Of a stretch of DNA of 50,937 nucleotides, positions 11,506 through 26,618 are shown piece by piece. The DNA is from Mesotaenium endlicherianum. Lineage: Eukaryota. The number at the start of each line of letters is the position of its first letter. Position 1 is the first letter of the stretch. The stretch is taken from contig WELA01001939.1 in the NCBI GenBank assembly GCA_009602735.1, positions 105,526 through 156,462 on the forward strand, read 5' to 3'. The notes beneath the pieces are model-generated. The model was not told the DNA's origin and searched no databases. It worked only from the letters and a program-made list of their open reading frames with translations. The translations under genes and the position numbers were made by a program.

Positions 11506-12169
11506 TAAATTACAACATATCCGTCCTGTTCCCCACCACACCAGAGCTTGCAAAGAAACCCTATGATGCCAAATTCCACCTAACAGCTGAAGACCAAGGG
11601 CAGTCAGGAGGCCTACGAATATAGCTGCCACTTCGTTTTGTGCTTCCCGGCTGGCAAAAGCAACATAAGTCTTTTTTTGGTCTTTTGTCGATCGATCACG
11701 CTCGACAAATAATTTACTTTGAACGATTGACTGCAGCGTTAGGTGCCGGACAATACGGACGTCCGATTCGTTCTGGGCGGCGCACGTACGAAAAAAAATA
11801 CGTACGCTTAATGCGTACGCATCGACTTGATATGTTAAAATTAACGTATCACCAATGGCTGATACGCGCGCATGGCGTAACCCTGTTACGCATGTACTTC
11901 GGATCCCGATCATGATCATTATCAAAATCGTCATTGTCGCCGTCGCTTGAGTGGAGGAGAGGGACTGCGGTGCAGGGTGGGCAGTGAAGCAGGAACCGGG
12001 AAGGCCCGTGTGAGACATGTGGCGCGAGCACAGAGCGCCCAAGGAGGCCTTGGAAGAATTTGTCGCCCACATTCCAGAGAGAGAGACAGCTGCCGCGGCT
12101 CACAACCGCAAGCCGCGTGACAGTGGGACGGCCTCTGTACATCTGTGCGCCCGTGGGCACCGCCACCTC

Positions 12170-12172
<3 letters not shown>

Positions 12173-12222
<50 letters not shown>
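12173..12222. repeat. (TG)25 microsatellite
   Basis: Directly visible in the sequence. Confidence 0.95.
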
Positions 12223-12232
<10 letters not shown>

Positions 12233-12364
12233 CAAGCATGTGTCTGTGCGGATGAGCAAAGAGGGAGAGAGAGAGAGACTGGAAAGGGGAGGGGGGGGAA
12301 GAGGGGGGGACAAGAGGGAGTGGAAGGGCGGGGAGCGACAAGGAGGAGGCAGCAGCAGCAGCAC

Positions 12365-14501
12365 CTTTTCGGAAGAGCGGCTCTCCAGCCACTTGGCAAG
12401 CAAGAAGAGGAACACCACGGTGGCCGCCTCCACGTAGTCGCCCAGCCCCACGGCACCCGCCACTGCCCGCCCTCACTCCTCCCCCCTCAGTTATCCACGC
12501 ATGTGTGCAAGGGCCACATTCTCAAGAGCGTGCGCACACGTGCACTCAAGCGTGCACGCAAATGCACACATGCACATGCACATGCACGTAGACATGTACT
12601 TACGCACGCACCCACGCACACAATCAGACACATGCACGCATGTGCTTTTGCCAAAGAAAATGCTTGGCATGAGGAAGTAGCGGCTCAAGTTGTTCATTGA
12701 AAAGAGTTAGGGGAGTGAATTGGGGGGCTCAGTGAAGGTGGTGGTGGGGACCGCGTCAACAACATGACTCGTCAGCTTGAAGCGGAGATGCATTCCTCGC
12801 ACACCTGCATGCATGCACCCGCACCCAGCTTGCGATGCGAGAGCGCACACATACCAAGGCACAGATCTCGGCAAAAAATCAGACGACGGGGACTCTGAGA
12901 CGCCGCGCAAGTGCCCAGCATCCAAGACGCTTCTGACGATGTGAAAAATGCGCATGTGCTAACAGGTGTCTTCACAGCGCCTGCAGGTGCTTGCAGGTAC
13001 TCACACCTGCCCCACCCTCCTCCCTTCCCTCCCTCCCTCTCTCTCTCTCAACTGTCAGCTATTGTTCTTTACCACTGCATACACGTGGGGTGAGAGACAG
13101 CAAGCAGCGCCAGGCTCTGGCCGCTGTGGAATGTAGAGGCAAAGCTCCACAGGTGTCACGACTGAGCTTTCAATCAGGGCAGGGGTTGAGAGGGGCCATG
13201 AGAGCTCAAGGCAAGGTGGGGCCGTGCATGTGAAAAGGGACAGAGAGAGGCGGTGATATGGGCATACGACACGTGGCGGGCAGGCGCTGCTCCGGGCTAG
13301 TCACGCATCGGCAACGAGCATGAGGGTGTGGATGTCGACCACGAAGCGCCGGAGGCTGCGGAGGGCTCTTATGGCCATGGGGGGCCCGCCCACGGAGATG
13401 GCGGCGAGGGAGACGTACTTGAGCGGGGCGCAGAGGTAGTGGAAGAGCAAAAGCAGCAGCAGCGCGCCCCTTGCCAGCGTGTGGGGGCTGGGCCAGCGGG
13501 CGGCGCGCTTGGTGTGGCCGCGCATTGCACTCTGGCGTCCAGCCTGGCCTCGTTCAGCGCCCTCACTGTGCACACGCGGGTACACAAGCGCGCGCGCGCG
13601 CGTGCGTGCACGTTGACAGGTGGCGTCAGGTGGTGACAGGTCACGTTGCGCAGGTTGGGCCGGCCACACAGCTGGCTGCAGCCGCAACTATTAGACGCCA
13701 AACCGCAAACATTCAACGGCGTCCTGTTGTGGCCGGGTTGCAGAAGGGTCGGAAGCAGAGGCTGGTGTCTGAGCTGTTGTCAGGTCGGGTGGGGCATTGC
13801 AATCGCACCTCCACTTGGTGCTAGTCAACAGGTATGGGGAGTGGGGGGACGGGCAGGGTGGTGGAGGGACGGTCTCAAATGACTGCAGTGTATGCATACG
13901 TGCCACCTGGCACACACGTGGCCCACGGACGTACACAGACAGCACCTGCGTGGCATCGACGACGTTGCCCACAGCTGCAGCACCTGCCAGCTAAATGACA
14001 GCACATGCCGCCAGCTGGACAGCAGCTGCTGCTGTCTGCTCAGCGAGCGGGACAGGCCCTGCAGAGAAAGGACGTACCCATCTGCAGCTCGCTCGTGCGC
14101 AGGGGGTCGTGCATCACCACCGTCGTCTTCAACACTACGTGGACGGCCACCTCGGCGACACCTGGCATCGGCTCCAGGATGCACCGTATGAGGGGGATCT
14201 CGCCAGGGCAGCATATCCCCATCACGTCCAACACAGTGCGCACCACGTGGCCGTTGTCTGGGATCGTCAAGCTGACGGCCGCCACCTGAGCAATAACGTC
14301 CACATCAGCGGCCACCCTAACCTCGACCAAAGCGGCTGCTGCCTGGGCGGCAGGCGCGACGGGAGGGAGCAGCCCAGGCACAGGCACAGGTGGCGGCAGC
14401 GCAGGCGACGCCGGATGATGAATGTGACGAGGACGACACTGCTCACCGGCAAAGCCGCTGATGACGGCGCACGCCGGCGCGCCATCTGTCCGCGGCCCCA
14501 T
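12365..14501 (-). pseudogene. HMA2: Truncated Zn/Cd P1B-2 ATPase (HMA2/HMA4-like): N-terminal HMA domain and first TM exons only
   Basis: Exon ending 14078: VLDVMGICCPGEIPLIRCILEPMPGVAEVAVHVVLKTTVVMHD. Exon 13565-13309: ALNEARLDARV/RWPSPHTLARGALLLLL..DIHTLMLVA, with a 1-nt frameshift near 13525 and the donor changed GT>AT at 13308. Exon 12462-12365: AGAVGLGDYVEAATVVFLFLLAKWLESRSSEK. No TGE, CPC, DKTGT or GDGxND exons were found downstream. Confidence 0.85.
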
Positions 14502-15981
14502 TTCGTGAAAGCTGCACCGAACTGCTGAACTGCTGAACTGCTGAACAGCGCTTCAGAGCACGACGACATTGCGAAACACCTCCTCATGCATGGGTACTAA
14601 GAGTGGCTGCGACATTTCAGATTCTTGATTATTCTTGCAAGTATTGTAAAGTTTTTTGCAAAACTTACTGTTCCCTTGACCAGGGTTAAAGTCAAAAGGA
14701 TCGATTACATGGTGCAAGCGAAAAAGTGTTGCAGTGCGCGCCCAATGTTTGAAGGGAACTATCACACCATGCACATCCTAGCTCTTCATGCGCGCCAATG
14801 CACCTTTTCGAACTGCCATAGAAGCATATTGACACAAATGTCTGGGTTCGTAAGATGTGTTGACTGGAATATTGATTTTGGCTGCAATATCGGTGGAATA
14901 TAGCCCGCTCTTGAATGCAGCGGGGAAGAACGAGTACAGTTACTTCTTCTTTCCACCTCAAGAGGCTTTACGCTTTTACTAGATTGCAATTGAGATTTGC
15001 ACACATCTAGCTCTTGTAAACAATAGTTAAAAGCCAAGTCATTTATATTAAAATACAGCAAGAAATACCATCTCCACTACAATTTAGAACTAAGCTGCTA
15101 CTTGACTTTGCGCTAGGGCAAACTTGTTTCATCAGCAAGGTCAAAGGAGCCAGCACAAGTCGTTGCTCTTGTACTCCCCGACATGCAACACTTACGGTGA
15201 AGGCGAGGGCGCAATTGCCAGCCGGGCTCGCTGCTACGCTTTGCCAACTAGCTTTGCTCCCTACACTTTGACTTTGCTCCCTACACTTTAACTTTGCTCA
15301 ATTGCTAACATTGAATATCTTATGCGCTCGTCTTCCTCCTCTTTCTTCCAGCTTTTTTGACGCTCTGAGTGCTCTTGCTCTGCTGATGAGGGCCCTCCCA
15401 GCACCCCAAAAAAAAATTTGTGGGAGAGCACGACCGGGCCGGCAGCGTTCGACTTCATCCAGGCCGCTTACAACATAGCAGATATTTTCACTGACTTGCG
15501 CTTGCAGCTGGAGGGCCCCTGCTAGCTCTTGGGGCGCTCATAGAGGATACATGCGCGTCCAGGTGCCAGCTGTCAGCAGCTGACACGTGCACTAGTTTTG
15601 CAGGGACGTTCTTGCCACACCAAGGGACCTCAGTGGAGCGCCACCTCGTGCCCATGCTACAGGTCCAAAGAGGGACAGTCAGAATGTCATGGGGGAGGGA
15701 TAGGCGGAGGGAGGCAGAGAGGACGGGCAGGGGGTAAGAAGGGAGTGAAGAAAGAAAAGCGGGGAAAGAATGGAAGCTCTGGATGTGGCGGGCACCAGAA
15801 GAGCCAGTGAAGGCAATGAGAGAGACAGAACAACATTTGTCAGGTGAATGGTTTTCCTCGGAGCTGTGTCTGTGCTGGCTGCTCATATTTGTGACGTGAG
15901 AATTCTCCACGGGTGGGAATCAGGGTGTTTTTGGGGAGGTGGGGGGCGAAGGGGGGAGCGGGGGTTNNNNNNNNNNNNNNN

Positions 15982-17150
15982 GGGATGCTTTCTCCAGAGG
16001 CCCTGGCAGGCGCAGAGGTGTGCCGGTGGAATGGAAGGGCGGCAGAGTTGTGGCCAGCTGGCCACTGTGAAGGCTCGTGGATGCTGAGCGAGTTTGGGGT
16101 TTCCAGTGAAGGGAGGAGCCAGGAGAGAGGGCAGAGGACAGAGGGCAGAGGCGGCCGCTGTAGCCTGCTGCTGCTGCTGCCACCTGCCGCGCCCTGGGCA
16201 GAGCTCGCCTCTTGGGGTGCAGGACTTCTGAGCAGGTTAGGGCCCTGGGCTTCCATTGACAAGGGGGGGGTGGGGGGCAGGTGGAGACAGGACAGAAGCG
16301 GCAGCTGCTGTCGCTGCTGCTGCTGCTGCTGCTGCCTCCTGTGGCCAGAGTAGAGCCATTTGGGCCGCAGGAGTTCTGGAGTGTGCGCAGAAGGTGTTGC
16401 GGCGGAACCTGGGGCACCTAGGTCGGCTGCTGCCGGTGCCGGTGGTGGCGTTGGCGCCGACACCGGGGCCTGCGGTACGAGTCTGATTAGCAGGTGCTCT
16501 GGCTGGCGCTGTTGCCACCTGCATAGGTCTCCCAGAGCTGGTCATGCTGAGAGCGCAGCTTCCAAAGACGAGATGAGTGTATATATATGACCAGCTCTGG
16601 GAGACCTATGCAGGTGGCAACAGCGCCAGCCAGAGCACCTGCTAATCAGACTCGTACCGCAGGCCCCGGTGTCGGCGCCAACGCCACCACCGGCACCGGC
16701 AGCAGCCGACCTAGGTGCCCCAGGTTCCGCCGCAACACCTTCTGCGCACACTCCAGAACTCCTGCGGCCCAAATGGCTCTACTCTGGCCACAGGAGGCAG
16801 CAGCAGCAGCAGCAGCAGCGACAGCAGCTGCCGCTTCTGTCCTCTCTCCACCTGCCCCCCACCCCCCCCTTGTCAATGGAAGCCCAGGGCCCTAACCTGC
16901 TCAGAAGTCCTGCACCCCAAGAGGCGAGCTCTGCCCAGGGCGCGGCAGGTGGCAGCAGCAGCAGCAGGCTACAGCGGCCGCCTCTGCCCTCTGTCCTCTG
17001 CCCTCTCTCCTGGCTCCTCCCTTCACTGGAAACCCCAAACTCGCTCAGCATCCACGAGCCTTCACAGTGGCCAGCTGGCCACAACTCTGCCGCCCTTCCA
17101 TTCCACCGGCACACCTCTGCGCCTGCCAGGGCCTCTGGAGAAAGCATCCC
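15982..17150. repeat. Long inverted repeat: 564-bp arms (15982-16545 and 16587-17150) with a 41-bp spacer
   Basis: Arms are reverse complements with about one visible mismatch, and mirrored ORFs appear in the ORF track. The left arm abuts the N-gap at 15967-15981. Confidence 0.95.
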
Positions 17151-18149
17151 CTAAGCCTTGCCTGTTCGACCAAATTCCAGGTTCTCCTCTTCTTAGGGCT
17201 CTGGCCGGATGCACCCCGCCACGTGTCTGACCACCTGATCCAGCCACCCCTCTAGCACGTTCCTGCGCCTACTAAAGCCTCACCTTTCCAAGGGGCGAGC
17301 ATCATCTCCTTGCCCGCATGACTTCCCGTTCCAGCTGAAGCCCGGAGCTGCAGCGTCCGTCCAGCTGTGGTCCATCCACTCACTCCTCCAGCACAGCAGC
17401 TTCGTGTTGGCTTGGGGCCCTCTCTGCAGAGCGGGCACCCTACCACCTTCCAGCATTCAGGGCCTGGCGTCGAGAAGTTTCTGCTAAGGCTACATTCACT
17501 CCGTACACGCACTGGCGCGCCCTCCCCCTGTCCTCAGCCCTCAGACCCAAGGCCCGTGGAGTAAGCTTCCCCCTTAAGAGAGTGCCTGGGGCCAGGGCTG
17601 CATGACTCATGAGGAACGTAGAGCAGGGGCGCGCCCGTTGCCCGAGGGAGAGGGAGATGGTGCCACTTGGCAGTCAGCCAGCGAGCTAAGACAACGCATG
17701 CAGAGGAGATGCCCACGCGGAGGTAGCATGAGTGTGGGGAGCGGGTTTCAGGCACAGGCTCGGACCCCGGGATTTGAGGCTCGGGACTCGGGGCTTGGCT
17801 CGGAGTTTGGGTCGGAGTGTGCGGGTGTGCGCTACGTCGCGCTCCACAACAACTTGCAAGAATCAATTTTCAAAAGCGGGGGAGTCCCCCTCAGAGCTCG
17901 CATGGGCCTGTAACACGTGTCAGGGTTTAGGGTGTGGGGTTCAAGGCGCCTGCCTCAGTGCTGGAGATGGCAAGCTCTAATGGCAAGCCCTGAGGGGCGT
18001 CATGGGTTGCAGGCAACCCGCAGCCAGGGGGGGGTGGGAAGTGTTGGGAAGGCGACAGAGCAAGCCAGGGTGCAGAGATAGGGCTTGAGGTCCAGGGTTT
18101 GGAGTTTAAGGTCTCGAGATTGGGGTTGAGAGTTAGGGTGTAAGGGGCC

Positions 18150-18445
18150 TACCTCTGGGCAAGAGATGGAGAGCTCCCAGAGGCCCCGTCACGGAACGCA
18201 CGGAGTCCTCTATTAGGGGAGGCAGGTCCCAGCACTCACAAACCCTCAGGCCAACGAGCGAGGGGAGCGCGGGCAGCCAGGGGCGCAGGGGCGCCGCCAG
18301 GGTCTCCAGCCTGAGGCAGAGCACCCGCAGGCCTGCCAACTGCCAAGCATGGGGTGGACGGAGAAGCAGCGGGCCTTGTACGTTTCCCACAAGAGCTCAA
18401 GCGTGCAGCAGTCGAGCGGCAGCCGCCTCAAACGTTGCCTGCAAG
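18150..18445 (-). pseudogene. Fragment of a third F-box/LRR paralog (end of exon 1), frameshifted
   Basis: QLAGLRVLCLRLETLAAPLRPWLPALPSLVGLRVCECWDLPPLIEDSVRSVTG aligns with RLASLEELCLRLHTLKMPLPPWLAELPAFVGLRISLPRDLPPQVEHSVRLVTG of the 22231 gene. The upstream LRRLPLD..FSVHPML is in another frame. Confidence 0.8.
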
Positions 18446-19814
18446 TTGGAGTCGAGGCGAGTTGGAGTCAAGAGCCCCCAGAGTGTCGAGATAGCGGTGG
18501 AATTTGAGAGAGGCATTCTGTACTTGGCATACTTGCATCACTCAACTTTGGCGAGTGCATTTCTTTTTTTGAGAAAAGTTTTGCTACAGCACGGAATGGT
18601 GGCGGCTATCACAGCGCCGCCGAGCAGCCATCTGGCGCACCCCATTCATATCGGTATTTACGTCAATCCAGCTAGCCCACGCAGAATACACATCCATTGC
18701 TTGAGCAATTTGAATTACACGTGGGGTAAAAACCGGCTATAACCTTCATTTCTTGCTCACAGTATGTATTCAAACTTCAACGAGCACCCTCAAGCACTTA
18801 GCAAACCTGGCACACACAATGCCAAGAACAATGCAGACACACAATGCTAAGAGTATGCATACAGACAGGTGGCAGGTGGCAGACTTCATACATGGGGTAC
18901 CCATCTCAGAGCTTTTCTTTTTTTCTCAACAGCCCAGACCTGAGAGACCACCGCGTAAATTATGCAGGCTGTGTTTCAGCCCCTGGAGGCGTCACAGGGC
19001 TAGGGAAGATGATGGCCAAGCATTTCTCTTCTCGATACCTGAAGACTACATGAAAAGTCGGTCAGGAACGCATTTGTCATCCTTCGGAAAGCTCCGCTAT
19101 TAGTGGGCTGCGAAGCTTCAGTTTGAGCTCTTCACAAGATTGAAAATATTGAACGCACTGAAAGTAAGCTACTGGGACGAGGTCCCTTTCCCCCACACAA
19201 TGAGTAGGTGGAAGAACATGCCGGCCAAAACCTTCGGAACTCCCCCCGCAGCAGCAGGAGGACAGGGTACTTTCCTCACAGATGCTGCTCACATGTGACA
19301 GATGATTGCAGCCGAGGAGGCAGCAGCATTCAAGGCACCCCACCGTGATGCACTTGGCATGAGATTATGCTGCCAGCTGGCCCAGCACCCCTCCCCTTGC
19401 TGCCGCATCATGCACCTGCCATTCAACTCCTGCTAACACTCCAGGACTCCAACTTGACCTCCTCCAAGTAACCTGAGATCTGTGACAGGCTTGCAACTGC
19501 CAGCTCGCTGTGGCTAGTGCCACCAACATTAAAGCAGCAAGCACTAAGGAACAGTTATACAGTGGTCGAACAGCTGGAGCAGCCTCCTGAGCCCTTCGTG
19601 GGCAACACTAAGCAGCTTGACTTCTTTTCCCACATCCCCCGCCCTTCTCCAGCCTCTGCAGCTCTCGCTTCTCGCCAAGGGGGCCCCCATCCCCCCGGCA
19701 TCTTCCCCGCCCTCTCCCGCCGCACTCCTCGGGGCAGCCCACTTGCACAGGGGGCTCCACTATACTACTGCCTGCCCTCCTTCCTGAACTTTGAAGCAGC
19801 CGAAAGGGCGAGCA

Positions 19815-22231
<2,417 letters not shown>

Positions 22232-25200
22232 GGCTTGTGCAACTCCAGAGGTTTTCTGCCACAAGACATTGCCGAAAGAGTAGAACGTCTTTCAGGCTAA
22301 AGAAAGCAAAAAAAACTGGTAGAATTTGAGAAGGCTGATTGACTTGGAGCCGAAGGATTTTCAGCAAGGGAAAAAACGGTGAGGTTATAATGGTAAGCTG
22401 GCGAGAGCAGAAGGTCCTCGAGTGTTCATCGCTACTGATCCTAACCAGCAACGACTAGCGAGCATACCGTCAACCCACAAAGCATCCGAGAGCAAGAAAA
22501 ATTTACCTTGCGTGACATGTTCCTATAGTCCAGCTCAGTCAGAGCCTCCGTTACAGAGGAACCAGGTGACTCCATGATGCACAAGAGTTGCACAAGAGGG
22601 AAATTTGTCATTTTTTCACAATCGTGATCGACTTGTGTTTGGAACCACGTTTTCGGTCCGAGCTAGTGTTATTAGCTCTAGGAGTCACATCCATCGTTCA
22701 CCTCATCTTGTATAAATAATGGCGTGAAGCTCGGGGAAGTCGCACATACCGCACCCTGCATGCAAGACCAGACAAGTTCTGCACTTCCGAACTGCACTTT
22801 CTGTTGTGGCGTATTCAGATTAGTGTTAATTTAGGTTAATCTAGATTGTCGAGGTTCTCTTTGACTTTATTGACTATGTTGACTACCGGCCACTGATTGG
22901 TATATGTGTCGGCTCTGCCACCCTACCTTTTACTTGCGATGTCACTCCATGGGACTTGGATGGACTCGATAAGACTCAATTACCCTATGGTAATAATTAA
23001 CTGTTTTTGGAAAAGCTAAGCGGATCGAGAGTTAAGAAGCACCTGTCATGAATTATAAGCGTACCACGGCCATTGTTATATATCGATTACGAGCAAACTG
23101 CATGACGGAATCACGTAAGCTGGCCAAGCATATGTTCACTTTCCAGGGCTCTCACTCCACGCTCTGAATAACTCTATATAGCAATCATCAATCCAGGAAA
23201 GTCCTGTCCTGCTGGCCACGGACCTCCTACAAACTCCTGTGGCTACTCGCTCATAGGCACCTAATTACAATATTCATATGGAATCCAACCGCAGTCCTCC
23301 CGCTCAGAGCAACGCTGGTCTCTGAATGCAGGAGGCAGCGGCACCAACATGCACCAGCAACAACCTCAATCTGCCCCCTTTCCCTCGGAACTCCAGCATC
23401 TCACTAGCTTAGTGAACTAAATTATAAGCTGCAGCTTTACCATACCATCCAGCACAGCTACGTCTGCATGGATTTCTGAGGCGAGCATTCCCTGTCTGCA
23501 CGCCTTACCAGGCAGACCTTAATAAGACCCTGGGTTGTTTTCACGCTGATGCCCGGGCCTTAACCTGTACTGCCAAAGGCTCGCCAGCTTGAGCATGGTC
23601 TGGCTGTGGTTGAGGACGGTAGACCGTGAAGACTCTCTAAGAAAGAAGGGGATGGCGCCACCTGGAAGGCATGCAAGGTTGGCGCTGGTGGGTAACACAC
23701 ACTCATGCAGAGGGAGCTAGCTGCTGCTGACCTAGCGGTGGTGATGCTGCCCACCTCGCCTTAGAGGAGGCAAGGAAAGTATCAACAGGACAATGGGAGC
23801 AGAGTCGACCACCTGGCAGCCTATACTGTGTGCATGGATCCCGACACCGTCTTCATTCTCATCAGTGCAGGTGCGTTTTGTTGTCCATAAACCCTGATCT
23901 GCTCAAACCCCTATCCCCTGAGAGCTGCCCTGATGTGTATGCATCCACCCCATGTCCATTCCAGGGGCCAGCGCTGCTCAACTCTTCCGCATTTCAAACC
24001 CGAAACCTTCAGAGGTAACTAAATTTTTGAGACAGCACGGGAGACAGGCAGTCCAGGAGGAGGAGAAACTTCTACTCCTGAAAACCCAAATCTCCCCTCA
24101 GCCCCTCGCCCTAAACTCGTATCTCGGCCTAAACCCTCCAATTTCCAACTTTCAAGCCTCGACCGTGGACGCACTCGTGCTCCTAGCATCATCACCCGGT
24201 GGGGCGGGGCTCGACAAGATGCAGCTTAGGGGGAGTGGGGGGTACCACGCCCTCTCCTCTTTGGCCTCTCTGTTTGTTGCAATGCTGCACCTTGAGCCTG
24301 ACTCCACTCTCTGAGATGGATGTTCTCAATATTCTTTGCCAGCCCTTGCTCACCCTTCTTACGTCTCATTCTCCTCACACCACTCCTCCTCCCCCTCCTC
24401 CTCCCCCTGGGCTTCCCCCCCCCCTTCCTCCTGCCCCCTCCCGCTTTCTCTCTGGCCCCCGCACCAGAGAAAACACCTGAGACCAGAAAATGCAAACCCC
24501 GACGAAGACAAACCTATGAGGGAAACCCTTAAGGCTCAAACCCTTTCAGCCTAGAGCTTGGAGGCTTGACTGAGCCTGTTTGTGTGGGGGGGTGTACGCG
24601 CATGCAGGTCCGCGTGAGGCTGTGACTTTGTGAGCAGGAACGCCTAGTGCAGGGCAAGGGGACACGAGCGGAGCGAAGCGATGGCTGCACATTCTGCAGC
24701 ATGCTCGCTGTCGCAACACCTGGCTGCCCGGTTTGCCCTCCACCTGGCACCCCTTCCCCTCTCCCCTGCAGCCAAGGAGCTGAGTGAGTGCGTGAGTGAG
24801 TGGGTGAGCCCACGTATGGCATACACAGGAGGGATGATTGACTTCCTCCTTCCGTGAAGCTCGTTGTGCTCCGCTGTGATGGTTACGGCAAAAGGAGGCC
24901 GGGGGGGGCTGGGGAGAGGAGGAAAGAAGGGGGGAGGGTGGGGGNAGGTGGCGAGCAGCTGCAGCTTGGCCGTGTGCCGAGGGAGGGCCCCGCAGGCGGA
25001 TGGGGGTGCAAGCGCTTGTATGTGCTTGTGCTCGTGCGCGTGCGGGTGCGCATGCCAGCAAGTGCGCTCAAAACGGAATGTGCGCCCAGAGCCCTTCGGG
25101 CTGGTTCTCCACATTCTTGCGTGCGCGTGCGTGTGCATGCTTGCGCGCGTGTGTGCATGCTCGTGCTTGTGCGTTCAGGTACTCATGTGCGTGTGTGTGT

Positions 25201-26618
25201 CCGCGTGTCTGCGTGCGTGCGCATGTGCGCGTGTGCGTTTTGTGAGACGAATTGTGCTGGGCTTGTGGAATGTGTGCATGCGTGCAGGTGCACGCGCCTG
25301 TGCGCGTGCCCACGTGCGCGTGCACGCATGAACAGGCGGCAAATGAGGGCTTAGGCTCAAGGGCACGATCTGTACTTCCTGTCGTAGACCACTTTTGGAG
25401 CACGCTACTTGGTGCATGTTTGTAGGGAGCACGTATAGAAGGAAAATGTAACGCTGAGGATGAATTTTTTTGCGATTTGAGAGATTGCGCGCGTTATGCG
25501 TTTGAGTTTCAAAAAGGCACCCGGCTTGTACGAAGTTGCAAATATACTTTTTGAGTCACTTCTATGTAGCAGTTGGCATGTTTGCTCTTTGAGAAATGTA
25601 GGTGCTGTTGCCTTCGGGTATGATGATGTCATGCCACAAAATTGGAGGCCGAAGAGCACCAAAGCAGGTATTTCTTAGTTGTTGGGGTGGTGTCTCAATT
25701 CACTTGCATCCCCAGAAGTCCTACTGAATCGACTTAATAATCTATGGATCACCTCAAGCGCATGTGCTCGAACTCCTGCAAGTTACTGCTCCATTTGCAG
25801 CACTGAGGAGCCAGGTACATGACGCCTTTTTCAACATTGTCTTAAATTCAGCAAGCAAGCGCACGCAAGTCACACATCCTTCCATTTTTCAAACGATGTG
25901 AGAGAGAGGTGTTATTGCCCTAGCTCCCCTCATACGCGCGCGCACACACAAATAAAATCACCCATAGAAGCGCACACACACCTATACCCCGCGTTTATTT
26001 GCACCTTGCACAAAGCTTATATTTTAGCAGGCACATGCAATACCAACAGAAAATGACTGCATTGAAAGCGTACATGACATAGATGTAGGCTTGTTTACGT
26101 TCAGCCAAACCACATGTATTGTGCAGGCTGGCACTCAGTCCAGGTCAACTGGCTGTCCAAAGTAACTCTACATTCTTTACCTGGAAAGTAAAAACAATAT
26201 TGGTCTGGAGTGTAGCACCCTCAGTCAAAAACTCAGGATCACCTCTAAATCTATGATACACAGAGCTCGAGTGCAAGCTGAAATTATAGTACACCAAGAT
26301 TGGACCCAAGTCTGCCATATACAAGTATGCCAGAGAAACCCAGAGCCGAGTATGCCAGAGAAAACCACAGCCGAGAGTAATATTGACGTCGATCTCCCAT
26401 CATAGCACATCAAGTACACGGCTTGGCGTACTTCTCAGAATCTTTCATAGCAACAGCTGAATCCGCGACACCATAGGTTCCTTGCCATGCATTTGAAGAC
26501 AAAGCCAGCCCAGCGCCCCTCAATATTGAAGTAATTCACCTGCCACTCAATCTCGGCCAACTGCAAGATCACATTCTCCAAGCAAGGTCTCGACTCTTAA
26601 CAGCCTTACAGCAGCCAG

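Noticed and set aside
10093..11508. Plus-strand ORFs over the Cys-rich array
   Set aside because: Antisense shadows; the Cys-Cys periodicity and the orientation of the HMA gene point to the minus strand.
24546..25432. Overlapping ORFs rich in C/V/A/R or H/T (similar ones at 43150-43570 and 46500-47100)
   Set aside because: Translations of degenerate (TG/CG)n low-complexity tracts.
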